Shown here in pieces: positions 60,906 to 64,000 of a stretch of DNA of 64,000 nt. Within the stretch, counting starts at the first letter, position 1. The number at the start of each line of letters is the position of its first letter. Source of the stretch: Candidatus Poribacteria bacterium. GTDB taxonomy: Bacteria; Poribacteria; WGA-4E; WGA-3G. The stretch is taken from positions 15,476 to 79,475 of the forward strand of contig JAPPES010000036.1 of assembly GCA_028824125.1 (NCBI GenBank), given 5' to 3'. The translations under genes were made by a program, and so were the position numbers. The notes below the pieces were generated by a model that saw only the letters and a list, made by a program, of their open reading frames with translations, searched no databases and had not been told where the DNA came from.

Positions 60906-61323
60906 CCTAAATACCCGATCTCTTCTTGGGACTCAGCAGCATAAGAACCTCATTTTGCTTTTGCAGGTTATTTGCTAAATTGAGCAGTTGCGCTTTCTCT
61001 ATGTCTGCCTTTGCGCGTTTCTCTTTCAAATCCTGCACTTGTCCCTCCAGTAATTCGATGACTTTCTGGCTGTTATTATGGTGACATTTAGAATTAAAGG
61101 GACATTTTGTAGCATAATCTGTTAGGTGTGCAGAAACGGAACACAACCTAACAGGTTATGCTACAGCGTCTGCGTTAGTTTCGGTTTTCTGACCGAACTG
61201 CTCATAATGTTCAATTAATTCTAAAGTTCACTATATCTGTCATTGATAGGTGTCATTATGGATAGGTGTCATTATGCATTATTTGTTTTGGAAATCGAAT
61301 TCAGAAAGAGTGGACAACCGAAA

Positions 61324-61737
61324 TTACTGATCGTCTGTTAGTTCATCATGTAATTCATAAACATACCTTTTTATACGCATGCAAACTTCTTCTCTGCCCG
61401 GCATAGCGTTTGGATTTGCCCCGCTCCCAGGATGACCATATATACGCTTATCTTTGAGAGTGCTTTCTATTCTCAAAAGCACCTCACTTAAGAAACCTGT
61501 TGCAGGTCTGAGCGTCTGAAAGTCACTGCTGGATTCTTCCACTATGCGCATAGTTTTATATCGGTTCACATCTATATTTTCAACCCCACTTTTTAGAAAT
61601 TTAAGTGCCTCTATAGCACCTAAATTAGCATGATGTTTCGCTTCATCGTATGGAGCAGCTTGAATGCCATCTTTTTTCTCTTGGTATTCAGACAACAAGG
61701 TGCTAATTTCTGTAATAACTTGCGATTTTACGTCCAT
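61324..61737 (-). CDS. hypothetical protein
   Basis: The 137 aa ORF has no confident motif. Confidence 0.35.
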   Translation of the reverse strand: MDVKSQVITEISTLLSEYQEKKDGIQAAPYDEAKHHANLGAIEALKFLKSGVENIDVNRYKTMRIVEESSSDFQTLRPATGFLSEVLLRIESTLKDKRIYGHPGSGANPNAMPGREEVCMRIKRYVYELHDELTDDQ

Positions 61738-61776
61738 TAATTTTTCCTCCGTAAGTATCCTTAATGTAAATAGGAT

Positions 61777-62550
61777 TTATGAGAGTGAGTTAATAACCGG
61801 AAGCACGTCTTCTTCTGGCATTGATCTTAGATTCATGTGTTCATACATCATTGTTCCAGTAGGTAGAGATTCCATTGTATTGGGAATAAGGTATCTCAAG
61901 ACCTCTAATTCTATTCCGGGTGTACTTGAAAAACTAAACATAATATATCCTTTATCGCGGAGTGCGACACACTCAGCTAATGTAGCAAATTGTTCTGTTG
62001 TAGTATTACGACGGATTTCTCTAATCGTAATAAAATTCTTAAAGGATTCGCTCCTTAATGGATATTTCCTTTCCCGCATTTCATTCACTATTTTTATAAT
62101 ACAAAGTTGCCGAAATGTTAGGTTTTCAGATTCCTTACATAGGAAATGTAATGTACCACTATCAACGGTTGAATCAAAACATCCGTTCTCAAATAGTCTG
62201 CCGATGTAAGGTATTTTCTTTTCTTGAGGCTCATCGCGTGCTTTCAATAAAACTTCTTCTAAGACTTCTTCTGCATCCGATCTGTCGGTTATATTATTAA
62301 AGAAACCATCACTTCGAAGCCTTTCACCATTTTCTAATCTACATTGTATTTCATTGAGCGCAAATTGTGTAACATCCAAGATTCGTTTAGCTTGCCTTTC
62401 GCTTGAAAATAGATTTACTATATTATGAAGACGATCCTTTACAAAATTAGCGACAGCATAACCCGCTGACGGGTCCCCAGCCTGATAAGCGGCACTTGTC
62501 CCTACAATCGTGCTAGTTGCTTCAATCGCAATATCTGGTATTTTTGGCAT
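61777..62550 (-). CDS. hypothetical protein
   Basis: The 257 aa ORF has no confident motif. Confidence 0.35.
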   Translation of the reverse strand: MPKIPDIAIEATSTIVGTSAAYQAGDPSAGYAVANFVKDRLHNIVNLFSSERQAKRILDVTQFALNEIQCRLENGERLRSDGFFNNITDRSDAEEVLEEVLLKARDEPQEKKIPYIGRLFENGCFDSTVDSGTLHFLCKESENLTFRQLCIIKIVNEMRERKYPLRSESFKNFITIREIRRNTTTEQFATLAECVALRDKGYIMFSFSSTPGIELEVLRYLIPNTMESLPTGTMMYEHMNLRSMPEEDVLPVINSLS

Positions 62551-62822
62551 TCTAATGAACTCTATCCTTTTTATGGATTCTTACACCATTACGAAGACTT
62601 TAGGTCAGGTATCCATTGGAACAGATTATGTAGATGGTAGTTAAACAACGGAACCTACTTTCTTAGCATCCGAAACAGAACGTTTAATAGTATACAGCAG
62701 AAAAGATGGAAACACAAATCTATTCTGAATCGTTGCGGTACAACGCTTATAACGGGTGTCATTCCTAATTCACTATGGTCGTTAACCACTACACCTATGA
62801 TTAAAATGATCCTTTAAAAAAA

Positions 62823-63971
62823 TCAGTTCACTACCTCTAAATCGAGTATGTGAATATGGTGGCTGTTCGTAAGCCGTTTAACGTTGGGCTTAACAGCACT
62901 ATAGTTTGAGTGTCCCATGTTAGATAGTAACATATCAACTAAACCGATTAAAACTGACTCAGTAGCATTATCATTAATATCATTCTCATCATAATCAATT
63001 GCTCCAAGATTTTGAAGTAATTGAATGTTGGAATTGTCCACAAGTTGAAGGTCAACAGTATCATAACGGCTAAGACGAATCACGATCTTAGTCGACTTTG
63101 AAGGTATCACCCAAGGATAAACTGCACGGTCAGTTATTATTGTATTACCTTCTTTGTCTTTGAATGATACCGAGTAAACAACATTTTTTACATCTTTACT
63201 GGAACGGTTTTGCAAAGGAAATGTAAATGAGGCTGATCCAACCCATTTCAGATTGTCTATGTATGTTATCCGTTCCAATTTTGCCTTCGACAATGGAGTT
63301 GTTATGTTCAATTTTTTACGTTGCTTAATAAGTAGTGCTAGGCAATTGGAAGGAATGGCGAAATTAAGATTCTGAGCAACATTAATATATTGTTCATCTT
63401 CGGGATTTTGCGAAGCAACAGACCTGAGTGAAGGTAATAAGGACACCGAGACACCGATAACCTCACCTTTGGTATTTAGGACAGCCCCTCCACTGTTCCC
63501 TGGGGAAATTGGAGCGGTAAACTGAATACTTGTATAGAAGATGTTTTGCGATGGATCATGATTTCTAATTCCACTTACGATACCGTCTGAGATTGTGCCT
63601 TCCAAACCTGCAGGATTACCAAGTGCGTAAATAACTTCTCCGATATCAACTATATCACTATCGCCAAGAGAAAGTGCAGTTGTGCTAACAATTTTCTGAT
63701 CCGGATCTTTGATCTTCAATATAATTAAATCGTTGTCCACATCAAGGGCTGTGTATTCTTCAATGGTATACCGTTCACTTTGTCCAAACAGCTTTACTGA
63801 GCATTTGTGTGCACCTTCAACAACATGAAAGTTGGTTGCAACTTCATTCTCTTGGACGAAGAATCCGCTACCAAACCCAAGTGGTTGTCCATTAGAATCT
63901 TCAGTTTCTAAAAGCACTGTAGATGGTAAAGCCTTATTGGCAATTTCCTGAGTGCTTTTTATATTTTCCAT
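62823..63971 (-). CDS. trypsin-like (S1/chymotrypsin-fold) serine protease domain fused to a C-terminal ~180 aa domain of unknown function, with no PDZ domain
   Basis: The catalytic triad context is TNFHVV (His), DNDLIIL (Asp) and GNSGGAV (Ser). No signal peptide is evident. Confidence 0.55.
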   Translation of the reverse strand: MENIKSTQEIANKALPSTVLLETEDSNGQPLGFGSGFFVQENEVATNFHVVEGAHKCSVKLFGQSERYTIEEYTALDVDNDLIILKIKDPDQKIVSTTALSLGDSDIVDIGEVIYALGNPAGLEGTISDGIVSGIRNHDPSQNIFYTSIQFTAPISPGNSGGAVLNTKGEVIGVSVSLLPSLRSVASQNPEDEQYINVAQNLNFAIPSNCLALLIKQRKKLNITTPLSKAKLERITYIDNLKWVGSASFTFPLQNRSSKDVKNVVYSVSFKDKEGNTIITDRAVYPWVIPSKSTKIVIRLSRYDTVDLQLVDNSNIQLLQNLGAIDYDENDINDNATESVLIGLVDMLLSNMGHSNYSAVKPNVKRLTNSHHIHILDLEVVN

Positions 63972-64000
63972 AGAAATAATCCCCTGTCTATTATATAATC

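Overview
This is a 64 kb window from a mid-GC (~45%) bacterial chromosome. Coding density is high and most genes are on the minus strand.

Housekeeping genes are interspersed:
- a partial aroB with aroK, overlapping as ATGA;
- gap-tpiA-secG;
- ppdK;
- pgsA, a LolA-like gene, then thpR(ligT)-recA;
- rtcB.

A complete actinobacterial-style Pup-proteasome locus is present: arc/mpa-dop-pup(GGQ)-prcB-prcA-pafA.

Three blocks look accessory.

1. 10.9-31.0 kb holds four paralogous large single-pass membrane proteins. Each has an N-terminal ECF sigma-70 domain (regions 2 and 4) that runs through one transmembrane helix into a C-terminal beta-propeller. Two propellers are WD40 and two are BNR/Asp-box. 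Between them sit two near-identical tandem secreted TPR proteins with a C-terminal beta-sandwich-like domain. All four sigma-fusion genes carry a shared CGCGTCAC-containing upstream motif, which suggests ECF-type autoregulation.

2. 40.4-43.6 kb contains a decayed type III R-M remnant (a Res helicase fragment and a Mod N-terminus-like ORF) flanking a HEPN(Rx4H)-like protein.

3. 54.7-64.0 kb contains a frameshifted IS982-like transposase, an Mrr-catalytic-like nuclease fused to a large helical domain, a trypsin-like serine protease with an unknown C-terminal domain, and several small unknown ORFs. This looks like a defence or mobile island of unknown type.

The window also holds a SelW/Rdx-family selenoprotein gene with an in-frame TGA (CxxU) and a candidate bSECIS hairpin. 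At least two families of MITE/REP-like intergenic repeats with terminal inverted repeats and hairpin cores are present. A helically phased TGCAAT array sits at ~56.84-56.91 kb. No rRNA, tRNA or CRISPR array could be supported.
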